Below the pieces are notes generated by a model. It had not been told where the DNA came from and did not search any database. It was given only the letters and a program-made list of their open reading frames with translations. A DNA stretch of 64,000 nt from Pontimonas sp. (GTDB lineage Bacteria > Actinomycetota > Actinomycetes > Actinomycetales > Microbacteriaceae). The DNA is taken from the NCBI RefSeq assembly GCF_031580665.1, contig NZ_JAVLCD010000003.1. One strand, written 5' to 3'. Position numbers and translations under genes: made by a program. Shown here one piece after another: positions 17,926-25,670 of the stretch; positions within the stretch are counted from its first letter, which is position 1, and the number at the start of each line of letters is the position of its first letter.

Positions 17926-19026
17926 TTACTGCCGCTCTGCCGGGCCGAGGAGGTCAAAGGCGACCGTGTGGTGGACGGCCTCGGTATCACTCGGGTGATA
18001 CACCCCGGCCAAAACGTCTCGCTGCAGCCGGCTCATTTCGTGGCCGGCGTGGTAGCCGCGGCCACCGTGCAGACGAAGCGCACTATCGACGACGCTTCTG
18101 GCTGTTTCGACCGAGCGATGTTTCACCCCGGAGAGCAGTCGAAACCAGCGCGGACCGTGATCGACCTGGTCGACCACGTCGGCGGCGAGGGTGCGAAGCG
18201 GGGCGTCGAGAGCATCCACGGCCATCGCCGCATCGGCGACCTGCCAGCGAATATCGGGGTCACTGGCGTAGGTCTTACCCTCCCTGGCCATACTGGTCCG
18301 CGACGAGACGGCTTCGGTGGCGAGTTCCAGCGCGCGCTCAGCGATTCCGACATACACGGAGGAGACCAGCAGCAGGAAGTTTTGGAAAATGGCGCGGATA
18401 AAAGGATCTGTCTGGTCGCCGGCGGGAAGAATCCGGGTCAGTCGCTCCGGGGTGACCACCGCTCCATCCAAGACGGTGGTGTGGCTTTGGGTGGCGCGCA
18501 TCCCCAGGGTGTTCCAGTCCTCAACGATGTGGAAGCCGGGGTCGCTCCGGCTAATGAAGCCGTGGACGATGCTCTCCCCCATTCGACCGAGCAGGGCCAA
18601 CTGTGTCCACGCGGGCGAGAGCGAGGTGAAAATCTTTTCGCCGTGAAAGGCATAGCCGCCCTCCACCTCACTGACGCGGGTCACCGAGTCGGTGAGTACA
18701 CGGTCATTGCCCCGCTCACTCACCCCAAAGGCAAACACTTCGCCAGAGCGCGCACCCTCCAGCACAAAATTAAGCGAGTCATCACCGTGGGCCTGGAGGG
18801 TGTGGGCCACACCCACCCAGGTGAAGTGCATACCCAGACCGAGGGCCGTCGCCGGGGCGAAGCGTGCGAGCGTGCGCTGATCGCGCACGAGCTGAGTCAG
18901 CGGCCGCGGGTGCAGATAGTCGACTTGGCGAAGCGCGTCCAAGTCTTCGTGAAAAAAGGAATTGGTCTCGTCGTAGTGAGCAGCCCGGGCACGGATTGAC
19001 TCCAAGAGTTCTTCAGTCAACTGCAT
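17926..19026 (-). CDS. Acyl-CoA dehydrogenase-fold flavoprotein (function unassigned)
   Basis: 366 aa with the three-domain ACAD-like layout (DWNTLGMRATQSHTTVLDG central beta-domain motif). The substrate cannot be inferred. Confidence 0.7.
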   Translation of the reverse strand: MQLTEELLESIRARAAHYDETNSFFHEDLDALRQVDYLHPRPLTQLVRDQRTLARFAPATALGLGMHFTWVGVAHTLQAHGDDSLNFVLEGARSGEVFAFGVSERGNDRVLTDSVTRVSEVEGGYAFHGEKIFTSLSPAWTQLALLGRMGESIVHGFISRSDPGFHIVEDWNTLGMRATQSHTTVLDGAVVTPERLTRILPAGDQTDPFIRAIFQNFLLLVSSVYVGIAERALELATEAVSSRTSMAREGKTYASDPDIRWQVADAAMAVDALDAPLRTLAADVVDQVDHGPRWFRLLSGVKHRSVETARSVVDSALRLHGGRGYHAGHEMSRLQRDVLAGVYHPSDTEAVHHTVAFDLLGPAERQ

Positions 19027-19035
19027 GGGTCCCCC

Positions 19036-20184
19036 TCAGGCGGTGACGGCGTGGTCCGAGACTAACGATTCTTCGTGGGAGTTCAGCGGGAACACTAACG
19101 CGGGGTGGCGCACGGCGATACCAAAGGGCGAGCCCACGGCGGGCAGGAAGGGTGCGGCAATTCGCGCGCGCACTCGCGTCTCACTCGGGGAGACGGTGAG
19201 TTCCACCAGGGCATCATGGCCCGCATAGGTGAGGTTGGTCACGGTCGATTGCACTCCGTCTAGCTGGGGGACCAACCATTCCGGGCGCAACACCACGCGG
19301 ACTGTTTCGCCCTGCGCGGGGTTAAACCCTTGAGCACTCGCCGCCAGAGAACCCAAGACCGTCTCAACGTGGCCGGTGCAGCCATACCTCAGTGGCTCCC
19401 CCTCGCAGAGTTCTTTGGCACCGCAGGTTTCACACTCCAGGGCCGTGTCTTGCCAGGTGCCCTCTACTTCGACCGTGTCGCCCACAAAAGACGCCACCCA
19501 CGGGGTGAGTGGGGATTCGTAGATTTCTCGGGGGCTTCCCACTTGGGCCACTCGGCCGCCGTCCATCACCACCACCAGGTCCGCCAAATCCAGTGCTTCT
19601 TCCCGGTCGTGGGTGACCAAGACGGTGGTGGTGTCAGTTTTTCGCAACAGCTCAACCACTTCACGAGCGAGCTGGTGTCGAAGCACGGTGTCCAGTGCCG
19701 CAAAAGGCTCGTCCAGCAGGATCGCATCCGGGGTCGGAGCGAGGGCTCTCGCCAGTGCTACCCGCTGGGCTTGACCACCGGAGAGCGCACTGGGCTGGCG
19801 CTCCACCAACTCGCTGATGCCGACCAGTTGCGCCAGGCGGTCGATTGTGTCGCTTCGACGACGGCCTTTGGGCAGGCCAAAACCAATATTGTCGGCGACG
19901 CTGAGGTGCGGAAACAGCGACGATTCTTGGGGGACCCAGCCGATCCCGCGCTGTTCGGGTGGCACGAGAGCCTCCGGTGAACTCAGGTTTTTCGACCCCA
20001 CCGAGATTGTCCCCTCATCTACGCTCAACAAACCCGCCAGGGCGAGCAGCAGCGTCGTCTTGCCACACCCGGAGGGACCGAGGACAGCGACGACGGAACC
20101 GGAGGGGACGACGAGTGAGACGTCGCGCAGTGCCGGGGTGTCACCGTAAGAGATGCTGAGATGGGATACCGCGAGGGTGGTCAT
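19036..20184 (-). CDS. Fe(III)-type ABC transporter ATP-binding protein (FbpC-like) with a C-terminal regulatory domain
   Basis: Walker A GPSGCGKTT, signature LSGGQAQRV, Walker B ILLDEPFAALD. C-terminal TOBE-like region containing a C-x2-C-x5-C-x8-C insert. Confidence 0.85.
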   Translation of the reverse strand: MTTLAVSHLSISYGDTPALRDVSLVVPSGSVVAVLGPSGCGKTTLLLALAGLLSVDEGTISVGSKNLSSPEALVPPEQRGIGWVPQESSLFPHLSVADNIGFGLPKGRRRSDTIDRLAQLVGISELVERQPSALSGGQAQRVALARALAPTPDAILLDEPFAALDTVLRHQLAREVVELLRKTDTTTVLVTHDREEALDLADLVVVMDGGRVAQVGSPREIYESPLTPWVASFVGDTVEVEGTWQDTALECETCGAKELCEGEPLRYGCTGHVETVLGSLAASAQGFNPAQGETVRVVLRPEWLVPQLDGVQSTVTNLTYAGHDALVELTVSPSETRVRARIAAPFLPAVGSPFGIAVRHPALVFPLNSHEESLVSDHAVTA

Positions 20185-21746
20185 GCGGGGTCTCCTTTCT
20201 CACTTCTCGCTCCGGAGAGAAGCATGGCGGGTATGGCGGCGATGAGGACAAGAAGGGCCGCATAGGGCGCTGCCTGCCCAAACTCCACCACGAGTGTTCT
20301 CGTCCACAGTTCTGTCGCTAGCGTATTCACTCCGGTCGGGCGAAGGATGAGAGTGGCGGGCAATTCTTTCATTGTCGCGATCATCACCAGCAGAGCACCC
20401 ACCCCGATACCGGGCAGAGCCAAGGGCAGCGTCACGCGTCGCCACGCCCCAAAAGGCGTCTCGCCGAGCGTCCTGGCGACCATTAACAGCGTGGGCGAGA
20501 CACCCTCCACGCTGGCTCGGGCGGTTCCGATGGATTTGGACGCGAACAACACGGTGTAGCCAAAGACCAACACGATGATGCTTTGGTAGAGCCCCGGAAG
20601 AAGACGCAGGGTGAGAAACACCAGAGAAAGCCCCACCACAATTCCCGGCAGCGCGTGGCTTAAGTAACCCAACGATTCGATTGCACGAGGAATGTTTCCT
20701 CGAAACCGGGCCGCCAGGGCGGCGATGGGGAGCGCGATGAGGGTGGCTGCGGCCGCCGCAGCCACAGCAACGAGCACGGTCCACAGGGTCGCTTCACTCA
20801 GTCGCCCCCAATCGACCGTTTGCGCGGTTTCGACCTGAAAAAGTCGCACACCGAGGCCCAGTAGCGGAACCACAACCCCCACCACGAGCGGGGTGAGCGA
20901 GAGGGCCATCAGGCCGCGTCGAACCCCTGGTGCGGGGCGCGGCCCGACCGGTTTACTCCGCCCCGGGGTGAACTCTCGTTGACCTCGAACCCGTCGTTCA
21001 CCGAGGACCCCAATGAGTGCGAGCAGGACGACAAGCAGTGCCAAGACGGCGGCCTGGTTTCGATCAAAACTGGACGAATAGGCGGCGTTCACCCCCCAGG
21101 TGAGGGTGTGAAAGCGCAACATCGCCACCAGTCCGAAATCACTGACCGAGTAGAGAAACACCAACAGCGTTCCCGCGAGGGCTGCGGGGCGAATTTGTGG
21201 CCAGGTGGCCACCCAGAACGCGTCGAAGGGTTTTTTCCCGAGGGTTCTCGCGACTCGTTCCTGGTCGCCCCCGACACTGCGCAGGGCCGCCGCGGTGGGC
21301 AGGATCACGTAGGGGATGGTCACCGCGGTGAGCAGTGCCCAGCTGGGCCAAAAACCGGCGAGGCTTGGCCACCACACCAACCACCCGTAGGAGGCGAGGT
21401 AGGACGGTATGGCGAGCGGCAGGGCGGCGAGGACCAACCAGAGCTTGGGTCGGGGAAAGCGCCCCCGACTCATTCCCACAGCGATGGCCACTCCACCCAG
21501 CAGCGCGCTCAGCGCCACGGACACGGCGAGGATCAACGTGTTGAGCGTGTAGTCGAGGGCCCTGGATTCGAACAGCACACTGACGAGCTGCTCGAAGGGG
21601 ATTTCGCCCGCTCGCACCGCGAGGTAGACCATCGGGACCAGCACGAGCAGTGCCGCGACAAGGGCGGGGGCAACGCGCCATCCGGGCGTGCGCGCCATGC
21701 CACTCACGCTCGCGCGGGGGCGAGTGCTGGTGCGGGGAGAGGTCAC
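20181..21746 (-). CDS. Fe(III) ABC transporter permease (FbpB-like, duplicated 6-TM module)
   Basis: 521 aa with two MalFG-type permease repeats. 4-nt overlap with the ATPase gene. Confidence 0.85.
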   Translation of the reverse strand: MTSPRTSTRPRASVSGMARTPGWRVAPALVAALLVLVPMVYLAVRAGEIPFEQLVSVLFESRALDYTLNTLILAVSVALSALLGGVAIAVGMSRGRFPRPKLWLVLAALPLAIPSYLASYGWLVWWPSLAGFWPSWALLTAVTIPYVILPTAAALRSVGGDQERVARTLGKKPFDAFWVATWPQIRPAALAGTLLVFLYSVSDFGLVAMLRFHTLTWGVNAAYSSSFDRNQAAVLALLVVLLALIGVLGERRVRGQREFTPGRSKPVGPRPAPGVRRGLMALSLTPLVVGVVVPLLGLGVRLFQVETAQTVDWGRLSEATLWTVLVAVAAAAAATLIALPIAALAARFRGNIPRAIESLGYLSHALPGIVVGLSLVFLTLRLLPGLYQSIIVLVFGYTVLFASKSIGTARASVEGVSPTLLMVARTLGETPFGAWRRVTLPLALPGIGVGALLVMIATMKELPATLILRPTGVNTLATELWTRTLVVEFGQAAPYAALLVLIAAIPAMLLSGARSEKGDPA

Positions 21747-21768
21747 GAAGGGTCCTTACGACACGTGA

Positions 21769-21801
21769 CCGGAGCAGACCCCGGTGGGGTCTTTGCTCCG
21801 G
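21769..21801 (-). other. Intercistronic GC-rich hairpin between the SBP and permease genes
   Basis: ccggagcagacccc-ggt-ggggtctttgctccgg, a 14-bp stem with a 2-nt bulge. Confidence 0.6.
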
Positions 21802-21816
21802 CCACCATCCAGGTTA

Positions 21817-22911
21817 CTAAAGCAACCCGAAACGCGTCAGTAGTTCCTGAGTCTCTTCCAGGGACTCCAGATCGGACAGGTCCAGCTCGGGGTTGACCAG
21901 GGATTCGAGCTCCGGCAGGTCGGCCGGGGCGTCGATTCCGTCGACGAGCGGGTATTCGTAGGTTTGCTCGACGAAGTAGTTCTGGCCCGCCTCGGAGACC
22001 ATGTACTCGACAAAGTCGATGGCGTCTTGGTCGAGCTGCGCCGGGGTGAGGATTCCCACTCCGGTGACGTTCACCATCGAGGTGGGGTCACCCGCTTCGG
22101 TGAACCACAACCGTGAGGCGATGTTGTCTTCGCCGCGCTCGGCCTGAAGTCGATACCAGTAGTAGTGGTTGATCAGGCCGAGCGGGATGGCTCCGGATTC
22201 GACCGCTTCGAGGATGGGGGTGTTGCCCTCGAAGATTTGCGGGTCGTTGGACACGAGACCACTGACCCAGGCCTCTGCGGCACCTTCTCCGTCGATGACG
22301 CGGTAGGCGGTGACGTAGGACTGGAAGCTGGCGTTCGTGGGCGCGACGCCTACTTGACCGGACCATTCGGGCTCGAGGACTTCGTTAGCCGTGTTCGGTA
22401 GTTCTTCTTCGGTGACCATGTCGGTGTTGTAGACGAGCACTCGAGCACGCCCGGTCACTCCCACCCACGACCCGTCGGTCGAGGTGAAACCTGGCTGAAC
22501 ACGCGAGCTAATGTCGTCGGGGAGGGTAGTAAAGAGGCCTGCTTGGCTCAGTGCGCCGAGCGCCCCCGCATCTTGGGAGAGGAACACTCCCGCTTGGGTG
22601 GCTTCTCCCTCTTCGAGCAGCAGCGCGGCCATTTCGCCGGTGTTGCCGTAGCGGACTTCGACTTCGATGCCGGTTTCTTCGATGAACTGGTCGATCAGTG
22701 GCTGCACGAGTGTTTCACTGCGACCGGAGTAGAGGGTGAGGAAGCCATCGGATGTGGCCTCACCGTCGACGGCTTCTACCGAGCCTTCTTCGACGACCTC
22801 TTCGTCGGGGGCGCTCTCGGGCACTTCTTCCGGTGCTGCCTGGCATCCGGCGAGCACGAAGGCGAGGGCTCCCATCACGGACACGGCGCGCAGGGACGAG
22901 CGTCTTCTCAT
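21817..22911 (-). CDS. Fe(III) ABC transporter substrate-binding lipoprotein (FbpA/AfuA-like)
   Basis: Lipobox LAGC, LTLYSGRSE..., INHYYWYR tyrosine-rich iron-site region. AAGGAG RBS. Confidence 0.85.
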   Translation of the reverse strand: MRRRSSLRAVSVMGALAFVLAGCQAAPEEVPESAPDEEVVEEGSVEAVDGEATSDGFLTLYSGRSETLVQPLIDQFIEETGIEVEVRYGNTGEMAALLLEEGEATQAGVFLSQDAGALGALSQAGLFTTLPDDISSRVQPGFTSTDGSWVGVTGRARVLVYNTDMVTEEELPNTANEVLEPEWSGQVGVAPTNASFQSYVTAYRVIDGEGAAEAWVSGLVSNDPQIFEGNTPILEAVESGAIPLGLINHYYWYRLQAERGEDNIASRLWFTEAGDPTSMVNVTGVGILTPAQLDQDAIDFVEYMVSEAGQNYFVEQTYEYPLVDGIDAPADLPELESLVNPELDLSDLESLEETQELLTRFGLL

Positions 22912-22928
22912 GAGTTTCTCCTTGGGAC

Positions 22929-22957
22929 AAAAAATACCAGCGACAGGCCGTCGCTGG
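22929..22957 (-). terminator. Terminator-like hairpin CCAGCGAC-ggcctg-TCGCTGG followed by TATTTTTT (minus strand)
   Basis: Read directly. It lies downstream of the rocD stop and also inside the leader of the Fe(III) operon. Confidence 0.6.
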
Positions 22958-22967
22958 CTCTAATAAG

Positions 22968-22986
22968 TTAGGTTAGCCTAACTTTA
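22968..22986. promoter_or_regulatory. DtxR/IdeR-type iron box overlapping a candidate -10 element
   Basis: TTAGGTTAGCCTAACTTTA matches the consensus TTAGGTTAGCCTAACCTAA at 17/19 positions. On the minus strand the promoter reads TTGCCT (22993-22998), 17 nt, TAACCT (22970-22975). Confidence 0.7.
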
Positions 22987-23001
22987 TCTCCAAGGCAAGG
23001 G

Positions 23002-24276
23002 TTATTTGGTGCGAAAACGACGAATGTCCCCGAGAGACGCCTCCAGCTGGTCCATCGCGAAGTGCACATCGGATTCTTTGACGATCAACGGTGGCGCAAA
23101 ACGCAGAGTCGAACCGTGGGTGTCTTTGGTGAGAACACCGCGACCCACCAGGGCCTCAGCGACTTCGCGCCCCGTCGCGAGCTCGGGATCGATATCGACA
23201 CCCGCCCAGAGGCCCTCCTGGCGAACCCCGACGACGCCGAGGTCTGTCATCCGCCCGAGACGCTCAGCCATCACCGCGCCCAGCTTTCTCGAATTGGCCT
23301 GCATGGTCCCGGTCTCCAGAAGCTCCACCACAGCCTTCCCCACGGCAGCGGCCAGCGGATTACCTCCGAAGGTGGATCCGTGCTGGCCCGGGGCGATTAC
23401 TCCCATCACGTCGCCTCGACCCGCCACGGCACTGACCGGTAGCAAGCCGCCGCCGAGCGCTTTACCCATGATGACCATGTCGGGGTGAACCCCGACATTG
23501 TCCACCTGCAACGTGGCACCCGTGCGACCAAGGCCCGACTGGATTTCATCGGCAATGAGCAACACGTTGTGGCGAGACGTGATGTCTCGAACCGCCGGCA
23601 AGTACGACTCCGGGGGAATCACAATTCCGGCCTCACCCTGAATCGGTTCGACCAGCACGGCCACCGTGGTGTCGTCGATGGCAGCTTCCAGTGCCGCCTG
23701 GTCGCCGTAGGGAACGGAGCGAAAACCGGGCAGGTACGGGCCGAAATCATCTTTTGCTTCGGAATCGGAGGAGAAACTCACGATTCCCAAGGTTCGACCG
23801 TGGAAATTATTATCGGCCACGATGATCGTGGCCTGGTTGGAGGCGACCCCCTTCTGGCGGTACCCCCAGGCACGCGCGATTTTGATGGCGGTTTCCACCG
23901 CTTCGGCGCCGGTATTCATCGGCAAGACCATGTCCTGGGAGACCAAGCGGGTGAGGCCTTCGGCGAAGGGACCCAACTGGTCGTTGTGCACCGCGCGGGA
24001 CGTCAGGCTGAGCGTGCGCAGTTGGCGCTTCAGGGCGCGAACCAGTGCGGGGTGCTGGTGGCCAAAGTTCAAGGCCGAATACGCGGCGAGGCAATCGAGG
24101 TATTTCGTACCCTCCACATCCCAGACCCACTGAGCTTTTGCTCGGCGCGCGATGACCGGCAGCGGGTGGTAGTTGTGCGCGAGGTGATCTCCCTCAGCCG
24201 TGATCAGCTCGCTCGTGCGAGCCGACGACTGGTGTTCAAAGCGCGTCCTTACTTGCGAAGCTCCAGCGTGCAGCAT
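23002..24276 (-). CDS. rocD: Ornithine--oxo-acid aminotransferase
   Basis: HNYHPLPV...WDVEGTKYLDCLAAYSALNFGHQHP and class III aminotransferase motifs. GGAGGAG RBS before ATG at 24276. Confidence 0.9.
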   Translation of the reverse strand: MLHAGASQVRTRFEHQSSARTSELITAEGDHLAHNYHPLPVIARRAKAQWVWDVEGTKYLDCLAAYSALNFGHQHPALVRALKRQLRTLSLTSRAVHNDQLGPFAEGLTRLVSQDMVLPMNTGAEAVETAIKIARAWGYRQKGVASNQATIIVADNNFHGRTLGIVSFSSDSEAKDDFGPYLPGFRSVPYGDQAALEAAIDDTTVAVLVEPIQGEAGIVIPPESYLPAVRDITSRHNVLLIADEIQSGLGRTGATLQVDNVGVHPDMVIMGKALGGGLLPVSAVAGRGDVMGVIAPGQHGSTFGGNPLAAAVGKAVVELLETGTMQANSRKLGAVMAERLGRMTDLGVVGVRQEGLWAGVDIDPELATGREVAEALVGRGVLTKDTHGSTLRFAPPLIVKESDVHFAMDQLEASLGDIRRFRTK

Positions 24277-25112
24277 TTGACTCCTCCCCCGCCCAACAGC
24301 AACTCGGATAGATCGACGCTGTGTGTGTTATATCCTCGCGCCTCCAGCTCAACGCGCAATGTGTGAGCCTGTTCGGCCATCACGACGTTGAGCCCGTCAC
24401 TAAAGAGGTTCAGCCCCAACACCGCAGCGTCTTCTTCGGTGGCGATAATCGCCTCGGGGTAGCGCTCTTCCAAGATGGCCCTGGATTGGTCATCGAAGGC
24501 GGAAGGCAAATACGCAATGGTCTCGTCGTCGAGAACGGCCAGCGCGGTGTCCAGGTGGTAAAAGCTGGGGTTGATCAACTTCAGGCTCACGACGTCCCGG
24601 CCAAATACCTCGGCGACTTCCCGGTGCGAATCCGACTCGCTGCGAAAGCCGTGCGCGGCGAGAATCACGTCACCCACCAATAAAAAGTCGCCCTCACCCT
24701 CGTTTTTTTCGACCGCTTCACGGGCGTCGAAACCGAGGCCCGCGAGGTGGGCGAGGTAGGCGGGACCTTCTGGTTGGCGCTCCGGGTAGCGAAACTTCGC
24801 CTCGTAGGCAATGCCATCGAGGACGAAACCGCCGTTTGCCGCATAGACCATGTCGGGTAGGCCCAGTAGCGGATCGATGAGCTGAACCTCAAAACCCAAC
24901 CGGATATAGGTGTCGTAGAGGCTCTGCCACTGCGTGGCCGCCAGGGACTGGTCGGTGGGGTTTTCGGGAAACATCCACGGGTTGATGCGATAGCTCACCG
25001 TGAAGTAATCCGGCCGACACATCAGCACCGTTTTGGGCTGGGCCTTCTTGGTCGCCGAGGGCTGCTCACCCTCGCGGGTGTGGGTGGTGTCCTGTGGGGT
25101 CGTGAGGGTCAT
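24249..25112 (-). CDS. Amidinotransferase-fold (DDAH / arginine-deiminase-related) enzyme
   Basis: C-terminal GGGGVKCCTLEL catalytic-Cys motif. Trimmed to ATG at 25112 to avoid overlap with the divergent Lrp gene. Confidence 0.7.
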   Translation of the reverse strand: MTLTTPQDTTHTREGEQPSATKKAQPKTVLMCRPDYFTVSYRINPWMFPENPTDQSLAATQWQSLYDTYIRLGFEVQLIDPLLGLPDMVYAANGGFVLDGIAYEAKFRYPERQPEGPAYLAHLAGLGFDAREAVEKNEGEGDFLLVGDVILAAHGFRSESDSHREVAEVFGRDVVSLKLINPSFYHLDTALAVLDDETIAYLPSAFDDQSRAILEERYPEAIIATEEDAAVLGLNLFSDGLNVVMAEQAHTLRVELEARGYNTHSVDLSELLLGGGGVKCCTLELRK

Positions 25113-25215
25113 AGTCGCAGTGTGCCACGCATGATGCGCGCGTAGTACCCGGTTTAGCGCGTGTTTAGTGCATAAAATTGGTCTTAAAGCGCTATTTGTT
25201 GCGTAGTGTGTCGGT

Positions 25216-25647
25216 ATGGACACCATCGATCATCGAATAATCTCCCAGTTGAGGGAGCACGCGAGAATGCCCTACGCCGATATCGGCACTCAGGTCGGCC
25301 TCTCCGCCTCCGCCGTCAAGCGCCGGGTGGACCGACTCGTGGAGGAGGGCACCATCCGAAGCTTCACCCTCGATGTCGACCCCGCCGTCGACGGGCTCGG
25401 GGTTGAAGCCTTCGTTGAGCTGCATTGCCGCGGGACTGTCGCCCCCCAAGAGCTCAAACACATCCTCGCAAAAGTGCCCGAAGTAGTTCAGGCCGGGACC
25501 GTCAGTGGTGACGCCGACGCGGTCGTGCACCTTCGGGCGAGCGACATTCACACCCTCGAAGAAGCCCTCGAAAAGGTCCGGCTCGCTCCCAACGTCGAAT
25601 TCACCAAAAGCTCCATCGTGCTCTCCCAACTCATCAACCGGCGCTAG
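25216..25647 (+). CDS. Lrp/AsnC family transcriptional regulator
   Basis: DTIDHRIISQLREHARMPYADIGTQVGLSASAVKRRVDRL HTH segment followed by an RAM/ACT-like C-terminal domain. Confidence 0.9.
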   Translation: MDTIDHRIISQLREHARMPYADIGTQVGLSASAVKRRVDRLVEEGTIRSFTLDVDPAVDGLGVEAFVELHCRGTVAPQELKHILAKVPEVVQAGTVSGDADAVVHLRASDIHTLEEALEKVRLAPNVEFTKSSIVLSQLINRR

Positions 25648-25670
25648 CCGGTTGTAGACGGTGAGCCGGA

